NCBI GenBank assembly: GCA_965197745.1
Contig: CBDANS010000007.1
Coordinates: forward strand, 960,001 to 1,024,000
Length of the DNA stretch: 64,000 bases
Direction: 5' to 3'
Origin: Opitutales bacterium
GTDB lineage: Bacteria > Verrucomicrobiota > Verrucomicrobiia > Opitutales > PNEW01
This document shows positions 32,020 to 43,876 of the stretch, piece after piece. A program made the translations under genes and the position numbers. The first letter of the stretch is position 1, and the number at the start of each line of letters is the position of its first letter. Below the pieces are notes generated by a model. The model searched no databases, was not told where the DNA came from, and worked only from the letters and a program-made list of their open reading frames with translations.

Positions 32020-33114
32020 GTGAATAAAATTTGGAACATCAAGCTGTTTCGTGTATTTGGCATTCAACTGGAATTACACCTTACTTTTCTTCTTCTTATC
32101 CTCTATGTGGCCTATGAAGGGGGATCGGATGGCGGTTTAATTGGGGGAATCTGGAGCACTTTAATTATCATTCTCGTTTTTACCTGTGTGGTCTTGCATG
32201 AACTAGGACACTGTCTGGCTGCACAGCACTACGGCGTGCGAATCCACCGTATCCTGCTTCTTCCCATCGGAGGAATGGCGCAATTTGGAAGTATTCCACG
32301 ACAGCCGTTCAAAGAACTGGTCATCGCGCTCGCCGGCCCATTGGTCAATTTCATTATTGTCGGGTTGCTTTATTTAGTATCGGGATCTCCGGCGCGGCTT
32401 TTGGATGGTGAAATTAATTACACCCTGTATGATCTCATGTCCCTCCTCTTTCTATTCAATCTGATCATGGGCTGTTTTAACCTTCTCCCCGTTTTTCCCA
32501 TGGATGGGGGGCGAGTCCTGCGGGCTTTGCTGGCGATCAAATTCAGTTACCTCAAAGCGACAAAACTGGCCGTTTATGTTGCTAAACCTCTTGCTATAGT
32601 TGGCATTATTTTAGGGATTTTTTATTTAAACAACTGGATCTTGGCCGCGGTGTTTGCCTTTATCTTTCTTGGCGGTGAAATTGAATACCGGATGGTTCGA
32701 TTACGTGAATCTTTTCGTGGTTTCAGTGTTCGCGACCTCACTACCCGTCATTTTAATAGCCTCGATGTAAGGTGCCACATCGTCGACGCGATCAACATCA
32801 TGCGTGAATCCCCGGGGCAGGATATTATTCTCATTGATGAAAGCGGTGTTCGTGGCATTGTTACACCCGATGCGGTAAGGAAGCAGGCACGCAAGAATCG
32901 ATTTGATGAACCGCTTTACGAACATTGTATTCTCAACCCTGCCATGCTTCAGGCAGACTGGCCACTGGATCAGTTTTCAGAATTGATTTATCAGGCACAA
33001 CAAAACATCTTTCCCGTCCTCGATCGCGATGTTCTTATTGGGGTGGTCGACCGACGCAATCTCCAGGAAGCCGTCGTCTGGAAGAGAATTCGATTCGCGA
33101 GTAGGAATAACTGA
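32020..33114 (+). CDS. Site-2 protease (M50) with CBS domains
   Basis: [24 protein letters not shown]. Confidence 0.93.
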   Translation: MNKIWNIKLFRVFGIQLELHLTFLLLILYVAYEGGSDGGLIGGIWSTLIIILVFTCVVLHELGHCLAAQHYGVRIHRILLLPIGGMAQFGSIPRQPFKELVIALAGPLVNFIIVGLLYLVSGSPARLLDGEINYTLYDLMSLLFLFNLIMGCFNLLPVFPMDGGRVLRALLAIKFSYLKATKLAVYVAKPLAIVGIILGIFYLNNWILAAVFAFIFLGGEIEYRMVRLRESFRGFSVRDLTTRHFNSLDVRCHIVDAINIMRESPGQDIILIDESGVRGIVTPDAVRKQARKNRFDEPLYEHCILNPAMLQADWPLDQFSELIYQAQQNIFPVLDRDVLIGVVDRRNLQEAVVWKRIRFASRNN

Positions 33115-33294
33115 GAGCGTCAGAAATTGAAGGTCGAAAGGAAAAATAAATTAAGGTGTTAAGAAAAAAGTCAAAGGACGAATGTCAAAAGACGAAGGGT
33201 AGGGTTTTTAAAGATTAAAATCTTCGCTTAAATCTTGTTCTTCCTTTTGACATTATGACATTATGACTTTTTGACCTATAACGAATCTTTCACG

Positions 33295-34533
33295 ATGCTT
33301 AATGATCGCATAGTAATTACAGGAATTGGATTAACCGCGCCAAACGGCAATAATCTTGCTGAATTTCGAAAGAACCTGATTGAGGGCATTGCCCGTATTC
33401 AGAAGCTCGACATGCGATACATCGGGCCTGTAGCGGCGGGTGTGTGCGATTATGATTCCAGTAAGTACCAAAACCGCAAAGAGATACGAAATGGAACCCG
33501 GGCTGGCAGTATCGCTATCTACTGTGCCCGTGATGCCTTGGCTGATTGCGCCATAGAATGGGAGAAAGTAGATCGATCACGGGTGGGGATATATCTCGGG
33601 ATTACCGAACACGGGAACGTGGAGACCGAAAATGAGGTATATAATATTTCACAGTACGATTACGATACGCGGTTTTGGACGCATCACCATAATCCCCGGA
33701 CGGTGGCCAACAATCCCGCGGGTGAGGTATCAATGAATCTGAATATTACGGGGCCTCATTACACCATCGGGGCTGCCTGTGCCGCGGGCAATGCAGGGTT
33801 GATTCAGGGCTTACAGATGTTACGTCTGGGTGAGGTTGATTTTGCTTTCGCCGGAGGGGTAAGTGAAAGTATCCACACTTTCGGAATATTCGCCGGGTTT
33901 AAAAGCCAGGGCGCTCTCGCCCAACACGATGATCCCAACAAAGCGAGTCGACCTTTCGATATTGACCGCAATGGAATTGTTGTGAGTGAGGGGGGGTGCG
34001 TTTATACTTTAGAGCGTCTGGATGATGCTGAGAAACGGGGCGCAAAGATTATCGCAGAAATTGTTGGCTACGCCCTTAATTCGGATGCCAAAGACGCGGT
34101 GCTCCCGGACCCGGGCCAGCAGAGTATTTGCATCCGGGCATCAGTGAATAGAGCGAATCTGGCTCCATCAGAGATCGATATCGTTAGCACGCATGCAACC
34201 GCTACTCCCCAGGGTGATATTCATGAGTGTGAGGCGTTGCGGGATGTTTTTAAAGATTGTCCCAATACTTATATAAATAATACCAAAAGTTTCATTGGCC
34301 ATGCGATGGGAGCGGCTGGAGCATTGGAACTGGCAGGAAATATACCGGCCTTTGAAGACGGCATCGTTCATCCTTCAATAAACATCGATCACCTGGATGA
34401 GCAGTGCGCTTTGCCCAACTTAGTGATCAACGAACCGAAAAAACTCCCGGAAGTAAATACGATCCTTAACAATTCTTTTGGGATGCTGGGGATTAACTCT
34501 TCACTCGTCATTAAAAGATTTACAGAAGGCTAA
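33295..34533 (+). CDS. Beta-ketoacyl-ACP synthase (FabF-like)
   Basis: RIVITGIG, AACAAG, THATAT, KSFIGHAMGAAG, NNSFG; ATG at 33295 preferred. Confidence 0.93.
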   Translation: MLNDRIVITGIGLTAPNGNNLAEFRKNLIEGIARIQKLDMRYIGPVAAGVCDYDSSKYQNRKEIRNGTRAGSIAIYCARDALADCAIEWEKVDRSRVGIYLGITEHGNVETENEVYNISQYDYDTRFWTHHHNPRTVANNPAGEVSMNLNITGPHYTIGAACAAGNAGLIQGLQMLRLGEVDFAFAGGVSESIHTFGIFAGFKSQGALAQHDDPNKASRPFDIDRNGIVVSEGGCVYTLERLDDAEKRGAKIIAEIVGYALNSDAKDAVLPDPGQQSICIRASVNRANLAPSEIDIVSTHATATPQGDIHECEALRDVFKDCPNTYINNTKSFIGHAMGAAGALELAGNIPAFEDGIVHPSINIDHLDEQCALPNLVINEPKKLPEVNTILNNSFGMLGINSSLVIKRFTEG

Positions 34534-34557
34534 AAATTTTCTAAAAAGGCCTCATAT

Positions 34558-34815
34558 ATGACAAAAGAAGAGTGTAAGCAATTAGTCCTTGAGATCATTG
34601 CGGATATCGCTCCAGATGAAGATCTTAGCGTTGTCAGACCGGATCTGGCACTCCGTGATCAACTGGAACTCGACTCCATGGATTTTCTTGATATTGTGAT
34701 GGAACTTCGCAAGAAGCACGGAATCGAAGTGCCGGAAGAAGAATATCCTCAATTGGAATCTCTGGACAGCAGCGCAGAATACTTAACACCTAAGTTTAAT
34801 GCCGTTGAAGCCTAA
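34558..34815 (+). CDS. Acyl carrier protein
   Basis: LELDSMDFLDIV phosphopantetheine motif, acidic 85 aa. Confidence 0.93.
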   Translation: MTKEECKQLVLEIIADIAPDEDLSVVRPDLALRDQLELDSMDFLDIVMELRKKHGIEVPEEEYPQLESLDSSAEYLTPKFNAVEA

Positions 34816-34838
34816 GCTCGCACTAGCGCACAGGCCAT

Positions 34839-36272
34839 TTGGACTTATCACCTCACGATCATTTTGACACGGTAATTATTGGCGCCGGCATGTCGGGGCT
34901 GGCCGCTGGAATTCGTCTGGCCCACTTCGGAAGAAATGTGGTCATTCTTGAGCGCCATAATGTAACGGGCGGATTGAATAGTTTTTACAGTTTTGACGGA
35001 AGAAAGTTCGACGTCGGTTTACATGCTGTAACCAATTATGTGCGACCGGGAATAAAGGGGACCCCCCTCGTAAAATTATTCAGACAATTAAGAATTGATC
35101 GAAAGGAATTTGATCTCAGTGAACAGAAAGGATCGAAAGTAGCATTTCCCGGTGTAGATCTGCGTTTCACCAACGATTTTGAGGTCTTTGAATCCGAGGT
35201 GGCCCGCGCTTTTCCCAAACAGATCGATAATTTCCAATCATTTCTCAAGCTTATCCGCGAGTATAATGAGCTCGACCTGGAAAAACCGGAGCAGTCAGCA
35301 AGGAAGGTCACAGCCCAATATATTACCGATCCGGTTCTCGAAGACATGATTTACTGCCCCGTAATGTATTATGGGAGTTCCCGGGAAAATGACATGGATT
35401 TTGGTCAGTTTGTGATCATGTTTAAATCGCTATTTTTCGAGGGCTTTGCCCGGCCCTACGACGGCGTGCGAAAAATTATACGAACACTTAATACCAAGTA
35501 CCGTTCACTGGGAGGTCTTCGTAAGATGAAGTGCGGTGTTAAGAAGATTATATGCCGTAATGGTCGCGCTAAGGAGTTAATTTTAGATAATGGAGTGAAT
35601 ATTACCGCTGATCATATTCTTTCATCAATCGGGCTGGTAGAGACGATGCGTTTATGTGATGACCAGGAAGAGGATACCCAGGAAATAAACATTGGGAGTT
35701 TGTCCTTTGTTGAAACGATTAATATATTAGACAGGCAGCCACGGCAGGTGGGATGGGATGATACCATCATCTTTTTTAACGACTGGGATCGATTCGACTA
35801 CGCTCGGCCGGATGAACTCGTTGATCCTCGCAGCGGTGTTATCTGTTTTCCCAATAATTACCACTATGCTGAGGGGAAAGAACTCGGTGAAGGTGTATTT
35901 CGAGTTACCGCACTTGCAAATTATCAGCGATGGACCTCGCTACCCGAAGAAGAGTATCAGGAACAGAAAAAGCTTTGGCATCCCAGGTTGGCTGATAAAG
36001 CTTTGAGTTTTCTCAATCCGTTAAAAAAACAGACATTGGAGGATATGACGGTGTATGTGGATATGTTCACACCGCGCACAGTTAAGAAATATACCGGTCA
36101 TCTGGGTGGCGCGGTTTACGGTGCAGCGCATAAAAGCAGAAATGGCATTACCCATTTGGAAAATTTATATCTATGTGGAACCGACCAGGGATTTCTCGGA
36201 ATTATCGGAGCCATGCTCAGTGGGATATCCATGGCTAATTACCATATTCTCAAAAAAGAAGCATCGAGATGA
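34839..36272 (+). CDS. Phytoene desaturase-like NAD(P)/FAD oxidoreductase
   Basis: IIGAGMSGLAAG, FDVGLHA, FTPRTV..GAVYG, LCGTDQGFLGIIGAMLSG. Confidence 0.88.
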   Translation: MDLSPHDHFDTVIIGAGMSGLAAGIRLAHFGRNVVILERHNVTGGLNSFYSFDGRKFDVGLHAVTNYVRPGIKGTPLVKLFRQLRIDRKEFDLSEQKGSKVAFPGVDLRFTNDFEVFESEVARAFPKQIDNFQSFLKLIREYNELDLEKPEQSARKVTAQYITDPVLEDMIYCPVMYYGSSRENDMDFGQFVIMFKSLFFEGFARPYDGVRKIIRTLNTKYRSLGGLRKMKCGVKKIICRNGRAKELILDNGVNITADHILSSIGLVETMRLCDDQEEDTQEINIGSLSFVETINILDRQPRQVGWDDTIIFFNDWDRFDYARPDELVDPRSGVICFPNNYHYAEGKELGEGVFRVTALANYQRWTSLPEEEYQEQKKLWHPRLADKALSFLNPLKKQTLEDMTVYVDMFTPRTVKKYTGHLGGAVYGAAHKSRNGITHLENLYLCGTDQGFLGIIGAMLSGISMANYHILKKEASR

Positions 36273-36291
36273 AAAAAATAAAATATTTTTT

Positions 36292-36390
36292 CGTGTTAAG
36301 ATTTAGGTTTTAGGTGTTATGTAAAGAGTCGAAGTTGAGATTAATTCAATTTAGCTCTTCGCCTAACACTTAAAACATAAAACCTAACAC
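36292..36390. repeat. Inverted heptamer-repeat element
   Basis: Same family as 30206-30310. Confidence 0.85.
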
Positions 36391-36407
36391 ATTGCGTAAG
36401 CAATCAA

Positions 36408-36515
36408 ATGCCCGACGAAGATACAAAGATTAAGAAACCCTGGCCAATGTCATGGGTTATTATCTCCATCCTCGTTTATATTCTCCTGCAAACCTTATAT
36501 ATTATTTTCTCGTAA
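36408..36515 (+). CDS. Small single-TM protein (35 aa)
   Basis: Manual translation MPDEDTKIKKPWPMSWVIISILVYILLQTLYIIFS*. Confidence 0.55.
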   Translation: MPDEDTKIKKPWPMSWVIISILVYILLQTLYIIFS

Positions 36516-36649
36516 ACTGTTTGGGAAGGAAGGATTGGATGACTGGAAAATTGGATTACGATAATTCATCCTACATCTAAAAATAGCTTAGCGATTATAA
36601 CTGATTGTCGCTGCTACTTTACATAACTGGGAAATTATTCTAATTTACC

Positions 36650-36952
36650 ATGATGGAAATCATGTCTCAGGCAGCGAAGACAACCCCAATCAAACTTTCA
36701 GAGACGAAAATAGAATTGGATAAGATCTGGAATGTGGTCGTTTTAAACGATCCGGTGAATTTAATGTCCTATGTAGTCATAGTATTTAAAAAAGTGTTCG
36801 GTTTTAATCATGAAAAAGCCCGCAAGCATATGCTGGAAGTTCATGAAAACGGACGATCCCTTCTTTGGAGCGGCCCGAAGGAAAAAGCCGAAGCTTATAC
36901 TCACACTTTACAGAAATGGCAATTAACCGCAATTTTGGAACAGAATGGTTAA
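36650..36952 (+). CDS. clpS: ATP-dependent Clp protease adaptor
   Basis: WNVVVLNDPVNLMSYV..MLEVHENGRS..EKAE. Confidence 0.88.
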   Translation: MMEIMSQAAKTTPIKLSETKIELDKIWNVVVLNDPVNLMSYVVIVFKKVFGFNHEKARKHMLEVHENGRSLLWSGPKEKAEAYTHTLQKWQLTAILEQNG

Positions 36953-37406
36953 TTTAAGTCTGATTATTGATCATCATCTCATCGTCTCAATGCTTGAGAT
37001 GGTTAAAGCGGCCACAGATTCACTGAGTGGGCATCTCGCCGTGGAACCGCAGATGCCAGACGATGATGATGAATTGAAGGTGGCTTGGCAGGATGATTTA
37101 AGAGAAGCTCTGCATGACGATATCGATTATCTATTAACTGTTTTACGCGATGAACAGTTCGGTAATGGTAATATGGTTATGGAAGAAGGGGTAGCTGAGT
37201 CCATTTTGCGAGCATGTTCAGCGATACGGTTAAAACTTCGAGAATCAGCCCTCATAAAAATTACGGACCATCAGTTAGAAAATGCGGAAGTAGATATCCT
37301 ATCCCTTCCTTTGGAAATGCAGCACTGTTATGCCTGTTATTTATTTCTCGCCAGCCTCCAATCACTGATTCTAAAGGAATTAGATCCTTCCTGTGAGGAT
37401 TTTTGA
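36945..37406 (+). CDS. Hypothetical protein coupled to clpS (DUF2017-like)
   Basis: Acidic helical ORF overlapping the clpS stop; family assignment from gene context only. Confidence 0.65.
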   Translation: MVNLSLIIDHHLIVSMLEMVKAATDSLSGHLAVEPQMPDDDDELKVAWQDDLREALHDDIDYLLTVLRDEQFGNGNMVMEEGVAESILRACSAIRLKLRESALIKITDHQLENAEVDILSLPLEMQHCYACYLFLASLQSLILKELDPSCEDF

Positions 37407-37615
37407 AACTGAGCGGTCGGTGGAAGAAGTGAACAGTGAACAGTGGAAGGATGGATGGATGGGTGAGAATGATGTCAGATTTAATCTTCGTTTTCGCTTG
37501 CCACGGCGTAGTCCCGCAATCGCGGGGCGAAGACGGGTCTGCCTACTCGTCTTCATCCTTGATTAAGAATAGCCATCAGCCGTCGTCCCGCGGTGACGGG
37601 ACTATGGCCGACAGG

Positions 37616-37755
37616 CAAAATTCACAAAATAGGAATTTGAGTATAATATTTTATTCTAATTATCTACCTATTGCATAATCGTACTACTAAGCGGACGCGA
37701 CGAAGCGCGTCCCTCCAGAAAAATAAAAATGGAGGGCCACGCTCCGTCGTGGCCG
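37616..37755 (+). repeat. REPIN-like intergenic element
   Basis: Near-identical to 28698-28837. Confidence 0.85.
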
Positions 37756-38084
37756 CCTGGAAGTTTGAACGAAAATCTCAGATCTATCCTCCGCCAAATA
37801 ATATGAGATAATCGGTATATCTCTTTGTCTTCGTCTGCCTCTGTCTCTTCATCCTAGATTAAGATATCCAACACCCGTCGCTCCGCAACTGTTTGGCTAT
37901 GGCTGACAGGCATTGCGCGTCCCTCCCTTTTTATTCTCTTGTTTTAAATATAATAACAACGGCCACGCGTTGCCGTGGCCTAAAATTTATTATTTAAATG
38001 ACGCAGACGAAAACGAAGACAATGCCTTAGTTTAAAAAGGATTGAGCGTTGACGGGGGTGACCGATGTGTATTTATTAAGCACA

Positions 38085-38267
38085 ACCCTGCTGTGTACGA
38101 AGAATTAAATAAACACTCTTATCCAATTAAGATTCTCCTTAAACGGGAGCTCGACCTGAGGGAGTAGCTGTCAAGCCGTAAACCGGAAGACAAAAGCTGC
38201 CTCAAGAGCACCCACCTGAACATAAACAGGTATCAGAGTTTTTTAATCGCTTCGGCACAAGTGGGGC
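38085..38267 (+). ncRNA. ssrS: 6S RNA
   Basis: About 183 nt; ends pair (CCCTGCTGTGT.CGAAG.ATTAAA with TTTAAT..CTTCGGCACA.GTGGGG); internal GGGAGC and GAGCACCCACCTG..CAGGT motifs typical of 6S; TTGACG upstream, T run downstream. Confidence 0.82.
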
Positions 38268-38369
38268 TCTTTTTTTGGGGGAGTCGAAAGTCTAAGGTCT
38301 AAGGTCGAAAGCGGGGTATTGGATGAAAAGGAAGACCTTTGACTTTCGACCTTCGACTCTTCCCTTACA

Positions 38370-39209
38370 TCAATACCCGAACAACTGGATTTTCCATTTT
38401 TTTGCTTGGGCGAGGACGCGGTCTTTTTCGAGGATGATCGTGGCTTCGGCTTGAAGGGCGGCGATATCGATATTTGCTTCACGCATTACCTCCAGGGTTT
38501 TAATTCCGAAGACGGGGACATCAAAACGAAAGTCCTGATTTGATTTTACGGATTTAATAAAAATAAGGGGATGTGTCTCAAAGTTACCTGCGCGTTTCAA
38601 CATAGCATCAGTACCTTCAAATGCTTCCACCGCTATCACTGTGCCCTTGCGAACAACCACACTTTGCCCGATGTCTAACCGAGCGACTTCTTTGGCAATT
38701 TTTATTCCGTGCTCAATGTATTCCTTTTTGACTCTGAGTTTGCCGCCGGTCATAAGGCCTGATTGTGCAAGATCGTGATCGAGAAAGGCGCGCGCATCCA
38801 GCATCTGCACGCCAATATTACCTATATCATTGCAAATGGCTCCGAATATGGTTTCCGCGTTCCGTTCAGTGAGAGAAGAGAGTAATTTTATAGCTTTAAT
38901 ATCCGGGTGCAATCCGTGAAAAAGACGACGTGGTGTTATCTGTCCAACCATCATGGCATAGCCCGCGCGAAATTTATTTATATGTTTCAGCATCTTCCCC
39001 AATTGGCCCACCTTGATTACTTCGACCTCCTGAGGAGGAAAAGAATCAATGACCTCAGGCATTGTCTCTCCCTCGAATGCTATAAGGCGTAAGGGAATAT
39101 TTTTTTCTCGAGCAGCGGCGATTGTTCGCTGAGGGTATGTGTCCTTACCAGCGATAAGAGCAAGAGAACGGGAAGGGTCAAAATCTTCTGGAAGAAACTT
39201 GGAGAGCAC
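38370..39209 (-). CDS. lpxI: UDP-2,3-diacylglucosamine diphosphatase
   Basis: LIAG, LDIGQSVVV, AVEAFEGTD, QDFRFDVPVFG. Confidence 0.9.
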   Translation of the reverse strand: MLSKFLPEDFDPSRSLALIAGKDTYPQRTIAAAREKNIPLRLIAFEGETMPEVIDSFPPQEVEVIKVGQLGKMLKHINKFRAGYAMMVGQITPRRLFHGLHPDIKAIKLLSSLTERNAETIFGAICNDIGNIGVQMLDARAFLDHDLAQSGLMTGGKLRVKKEYIEHGIKIAKEVARLDIGQSVVVRKGTVIAVEAFEGTDAMLKRAGNFETHPLIFIKSVKSNQDFRFDVPVFGIKTLEVMREANIDIAALQAEATIILEKDRVLAQAKKWKIQLFGY

Positions 39210-39226
39210 GAATAGAAAAAAGGGTT

Positions 39227-41824
39227 TTAATTAGCGACAATGTTAAGAATTTTTCCGGGAACAAAGACAACTTTTCTCAAGTTTTTCCCCTCGAGATGAG
39301 AAGCCACTTTCGGATCTGTTTTAGCGATGGTTAAAACATGCTCTTCATTGGCGTCAACGGGGACCATTGCTTCCCCCCGCATTTTCCCATTTACCTGGAA
39401 GATAATTTTCACCTCCTCGGTCACCAGTTTCGTTTCATTATATTCAGGCCAGGGCGCTGCTGTAACCGAAGGGGTACCGCCCAGTCGCTCCCATAGCTCT
39501 TCGGCTAAATGAGGGGCAAAGGGTGCCAGCAGTTGAGTAAATATTTTAACTGTGGATAAACTGGCGGTCTCACATTTTTGTAAATGGTTAGAAAAAATCA
39601 TCAATTGCGAGATCGCGGTATTGAAATGCAGACCCCCTATATCTTCAGTAACTTTTTTTATAGTCTGATGGAGAAGCAGCTCGGTCTCGGAACCGTCAGT
39701 TGTATCCTCCTTAATCTTATTTTGTAAATTACCGGAGCGATCTATGAGTTCACGCCACACCCGCCGCAAAAATCGCTGGACACCTTCGATCCCATGCGTG
39801 CTCCAGGGTTTCATTGCTTCCAAGGGCCCCATGAACATTTCATAAAGCCGTAAGGAGTCCGCTCCGAGTTTATCAATGACCACATTGGGGTTAATTACAT
39901 TGCCTCGGCTTTTGCTCATTTTATTTCCATCTTCTCCAAGGATCATTCCCTGGTGAAATAAACGAGGGAAAGGTTCCGGTTCTTTAACTACACCAATTTC
40001 ATAGAGAAATTGATGCCAGAACCGAGCGTATAGCAGATGCAATACAGCATGTTCAGCGCCCCCTATGTAATAGTCAGGTGATTTCCAGTAATCATCGATT
40101 TTCGGGTCGATGAGTTTCTTATCATTGTTCGGGTCGCAATAACGCAAGTAATACCAGCATGATCCAGCCCATTGCGGCATGGTGTTGGTTTCACGCGATG
40201 CCGGCACCCAGTAATCTCCCGCGGGTTTTTCATGGGCAGTCGAAGTCGTCTCACCGGTTTCCAGATTGAACCATACTTCGACCCATTCTCTCCTGTTTGC
40301 CAATGGGCTTTCGCCCGTATCCGATGGATGAAATGACTCCACATCCGGCAAAAGGAGCGGAAGTTGCGAATCGGGAATGGGGAGCGCGAATCGTGGTATG
40401 CCATCAACTTCATAACTGACGGGATCTTCTGGTATGAATGCTGATACAGCGCTCCTGGTCAAACTGACAGCCGTTTCATAATCTTCCTTTTCAACCCACA
40501 CGATAGGGATAGGTTCGCCCCAGTAACGCTGACGTGAAAATAACCAATCGCGCAATTTATAATTAATGGCTGCTTTTCCACAGTTAGATTTTTCCAGATC
40601 TTTAATGATCTTCCCTTTCCCCATCAACGAATCCAATCCTGAATAATCACCGGAATTAATCATCTTACCGTCGCCCATGTAGGGCAGGATATCATGCTTG
40701 TCATTTCCGGTCTCATCCTCCTGTTCAATTACCTGTACGATAGGCAGTTTGAATTGCTGAGCGAATTCGTAATCGCGTTCATCATGTGCGGGAACCGCCA
40801 TAATCGCACCCGTGCCGTAACTCATTAAAACATAGTCAGCGATCCATATGGGCAGCTTTTCATTATTAACAGGGTTGATGGCATAACTTCCGGTAAAGAC
40901 ACCGGTTTTTTCTTTAGAAAGATCGGTACGGTCCAAATCGCTTTTTTTCGCAGCCGCTTTAATATATGCCAGGACCGGTTCACTGAATTCAGGCATTGTC
41001 AAATTACCAACCAGGGGGTGTTCGGGTGATAACACCATATAGGTAGCGCCAAATAGCGTGTCCGGTCGGGTCGTAAAAATTTGCAATTTTTCATTGGAAT
41101 TAGCATTGAGGTCAAAGACAACCTCAGCCCCCTCTGACCGGCCGATCCAGGCAATTTGCTGACGCTTGGTTGAATCAGGCCAGTCGACATTATTTAATCC
41201 CTCGAGAAGTTTTTCGGCATAAGCAGTGATACGAAGCACGATTTGTCGGAAATTGCGACGTTCGCACGGATGACCCCCCCTCTCTGAACGACCGTCGATT
41301 ACCTCTTCGTTGGCAAGAACGGCTTGCAAATTCGGGCACCACCATATGGGGCGCTCGTCACTGTAGGCCAAGCCGTGTTTGAACAGATGAAGAAATATCC
41401 ATTGAGTCCACTTATAATAGCCAGGGTCGGTAGTGTTTATTTCACGATCCCAGTCGATGGCAAACCCGATTCGATTTATTTGCTGACGAAAGTTTTCGAT
41501 ATTCAACCGCGTCGTTTCACGGGGGTGGGTACCCGAAGAAATCGCGTATTGTTCAGCAGGCAGCCCAAAAGCATCCCAGCCCATAGGATGGAGGACGTTG
41601 TATCCCGACGCTTTTTTGTAGCGGGCAACGATATCAGTAGCGATCCAACCTTCCGGGTGTCCAATGTGCAATCCTTCACCTGAAGGGTAGGGGAACATAT
41701 CGAAAATATAATACTTCGGTTTGTCTGAAAAATCTTCAGCTCGGAATGTTTTATTTCTGAACCAATAATTTTGCCAGTGAGCGTCGATCTTTTTGAAATC
41801 GTAATCTGTGCATTGAGTTGCCAT
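39227..41824 (-). CDS. leuS: Leucine--tRNA ligase
   Basis: [38 protein letters not shown]. Confidence 0.98.
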   Translation of the reverse strand: MATQCTDYDFKKIDAHWQNYWFRNKTFRAEDFSDKPKYYIFDMFPYPSGEGLHIGHPEGWIATDIVARYKKASGYNVLHPMGWDAFGLPAEQYAISSGTHPRETTRLNIENFRQQINRIGFAIDWDREINTTDPGYYKWTQWIFLHLFKHGLAYSDERPIWWCPNLQAVLANEEVIDGRSERGGHPCERRNFRQIVLRITAYAEKLLEGLNNVDWPDSTKRQQIAWIGRSEGAEVVFDLNANSNEKLQIFTTRPDTLFGATYMVLSPEHPLVGNLTMPEFSEPVLAYIKAAAKKSDLDRTDLSKEKTGVFTGSYAINPVNNEKLPIWIADYVLMSYGTGAIMAVPAHDERDYEFAQQFKLPIVQVIEQEDETGNDKHDILPYMGDGKMINSGDYSGLDSLMGKGKIIKDLEKSNCGKAAINYKLRDWLFSRQRYWGEPIPIVWVEKEDYETAVSLTRSAVSAFIPEDPVSYEVDGIPRFALPIPDSQLPLLLPDVESFHPSDTGESPLANRREWVEVWFNLETGETTSTAHEKPAGDYWVPASRETNTMPQWAGSCWYYLRYCDPNNDKKLIDPKIDDYWKSPDYYIGGAEHAVLHLLYARFWHQFLYEIGVVKEPEPFPRLFHQGMILGEDGNKMSKSRGNVINPNVVIDKLGADSLRLYEMFMGPLEAMKPWSTHGIEGVQRFLRRVWRELIDRSGNLQNKIKEDTTDGSETELLLHQTIKKVTEDIGGLHFNTAISQLMIFSNHLQKCETASLSTVKIFTQLLAPFAPHLAEELWERLGGTPSVTAAPWPEYNETKLVTEEVKIIFQVNGKMRGEAMVPVDANEEHVLTIAKTDPKVASHLEGKNLRKVVFVPGKILNIVAN

Positions 41825-42049
41825 GGGAATAAGTCAAAAAGTCAAAAAGTTCAAAAGGAAATGCGAATTCACAATTATGCGTAATTGCGTTTATGTGATG
41901 ATGCGAAGTAATTGATGTTAATACCGCATACCCTCTTATCCGCATACACGCCTATCCTTTTACCGACCATTCATTTCAATCGTTAGTTATTATTGGTTTA
42001 TTTTTTATTATTTTCTTTTCCTCAATTAGTGAATGATTATCTTAAGGAA

Positions 42050-43759
42050 ATGAATTGGCAATGGATTAAAATGAGATTTTTACCTCAATGGGGTGTAAGG
42101 ATTGTCACGGCATTAAGCGCCATACTTTTAGGATTCGATCTGACAGCGGCTGATGCAGACGAGCTCAAACCCGTGCTAATCGGTTATGCCAAAGCAGGGC
42201 CGTTCAAGGAAACGGTGCAAAAGATTACCGAAGTAGTGCGAAAAATCCAACCATCACCTCAAGTGGATTCTTTCCCCTATATGATAGGCGGAATGTTGGG
42301 AGATCCCACCTTGGACAGTATTTCAGCAACTGAGAATATTACAGTTTTCTTATACAACACTCCTGATATGAATTCCGCTTCTTTCCTTATTCTGGCAAAG
42401 TTGACAGAAGAAAGTCCAATCCGCGCGACATTACCCATGCAGGGGTTTACGATACAAGACCATGAAGGGTGGTCGATGATATCACGTGATCCAAAGATGT
42501 GGGATCTGGTTGAGAACGTGGATTCTCTTATTAAGATCGCGGAAAGAAAACGGAACTCAGACGTGGAGTTCGGGTTATGGTTGAACCGTCTTAAGGACGC
42601 AAGTGATACGTTTAAAAACGAAATCATTGATGACCTGGAGAAGGACGGGCGTTTTAGTGATGAAGCAGACAAAGCAACGATTGCCGGATTCTTAGACATA
42701 ATATTTGGTGAATTGACGAGTCTCGACAGTGTGCTCCTGGGATTAAATTTCACACCGGAAGACTTTGTATTTCAATCAGTCCTGAAAGCAAATAGTGAAG
42801 CTCCTCTGGGAAAACTATTCTCTCAAGAGCCGTCCGCAATAGTTAGAGCCGGTGACTATATTGCGGAATACAGTATGCTGACATACATGCTGAGCATCGA
42901 TCCGATGATATCTGGTGAATACCTCAATTATATAATGGATGCGGTGATTGATGTAAGCGAGAATGAATGGAAGCCACTAATGATGAGAATAAAGGCTATT
43001 TATAACCGATTTATGCAGAAAATTGATGGGACCGTTGCGGGAAGTATGAATATTAGCAATACCTCGGTTGTCATGAGACAAATAGGTGGAGCTGATTTCA
43101 GCAGTGATGAATTCGCCGAACTCATTGCCGTTTCCATAAAATTCATGGAAGACTTCGCCAGTAAATTGACGCTGGAAGGTGAAACCGCGTACATTCCTCT
43201 TTACGAATTTAAAGCTGATGCTTTCGCTGTTAAAGGAGTTCCGGTTCATACTTTGAAATCGCGTTTTAATTTTACGGGGAATCCCGATCCTCAAGATGAA
43301 ACTGATAATCCCACTAATGATAGAGAACAGGGGGATAGCGCTTTCTTTGCGAGCCAGACATACCATTACGCGGTTTGTAATGGTTATTATCTCAGTTCTT
43401 CTGATACCCAAGGCGTCAGCGATTTGATCACCCGGGTTAAATCCAATCATCCGGTGAGCAGTAATCTTAACACAATTATCATGCCAAAACCGGGTATATG
43501 CGGACAATTTCGCTTTGACCTTAAAAGGAGTCTCATGATTACGGCAGATCTCCTTGAAAATACTTCACCCGAAACCGCAATTAGCCTTCGTGAAAAAATT
43601 GAATCCTCAACGCTCGAACCGGTTACGAGTGAGCTGGGGATCGGGGATGCTAAATTAATATTTCGATTTACAGCGCCATGGGAAAGTATGGCAACCTGGG
43701 CTTCTCTGATGAAAATTGTTGACGAGGAAGCCAGTCAACAGAATGTACCGTCTTATTAA
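42050..43759 (+). CDS. Hypothetical exported protein
   Basis: Long ORF with signal-peptide-like IVTALSAILLGFDLTAADA; start uncertain (42050 or 42071). Confidence 0.75.
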   Translation: MNWQWIKMRFLPQWGVRIVTALSAILLGFDLTAADADELKPVLIGYAKAGPFKETVQKITEVVRKIQPSPQVDSFPYMIGGMLGDPTLDSISATENITVFLYNTPDMNSASFLILAKLTEESPIRATLPMQGFTIQDHEGWSMISRDPKMWDLVENVDSLIKIAERKRNSDVEFGLWLNRLKDASDTFKNEIIDDLEKDGRFSDEADKATIAGFLDIIFGELTSLDSVLLGLNFTPEDFVFQSVLKANSEAPLGKLFSQEPSAIVRAGDYIAEYSMLTYMLSIDPMISGEYLNYIMDAVIDVSENEWKPLMMRIKAIYNRFMQKIDGTVAGSMNISNTSVVMRQIGGADFSSDEFAELIAVSIKFMEDFASKLTLEGETAYIPLYEFKADAFAVKGVPVHTLKSRFNFTGNPDPQDETDNPTNDREQGDSAFFASQTYHYAVCNGYYLSSSDTQGVSDLITRVKSNHPVSSNLNTIIMPKPGICGQFRFDLKRSLMITADLLENTSPETAISLREKIESSTLEPVTSELGIGDAKLIFRFTAPWESMATWASLMKIVDEEASQQNVPSY

Positions 43760-43876
43760 GTTCGATATTGAAAAATTGCGGACGGTAGCTATAATTAAAG
43801 ATGGACAAAATCGTAATACCGTAAGTAGATATTTGAGTTTTACTACTTACCCGGGTTCATTTCATTTGTTCATGTT

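Noticed and set aside
31903..32067. N-terminal extension of the sigma-54 regulator given in the ORF track
   Set aside because: Overlaps the divergent gene and its promoter region; the receiver domain starts right after the ATG at 31902.
38140..38240. Riboswitch or T-box interpretation
   Set aside because: No downstream gene on the same strand; end-to-end pairing fits 6S RNA better.
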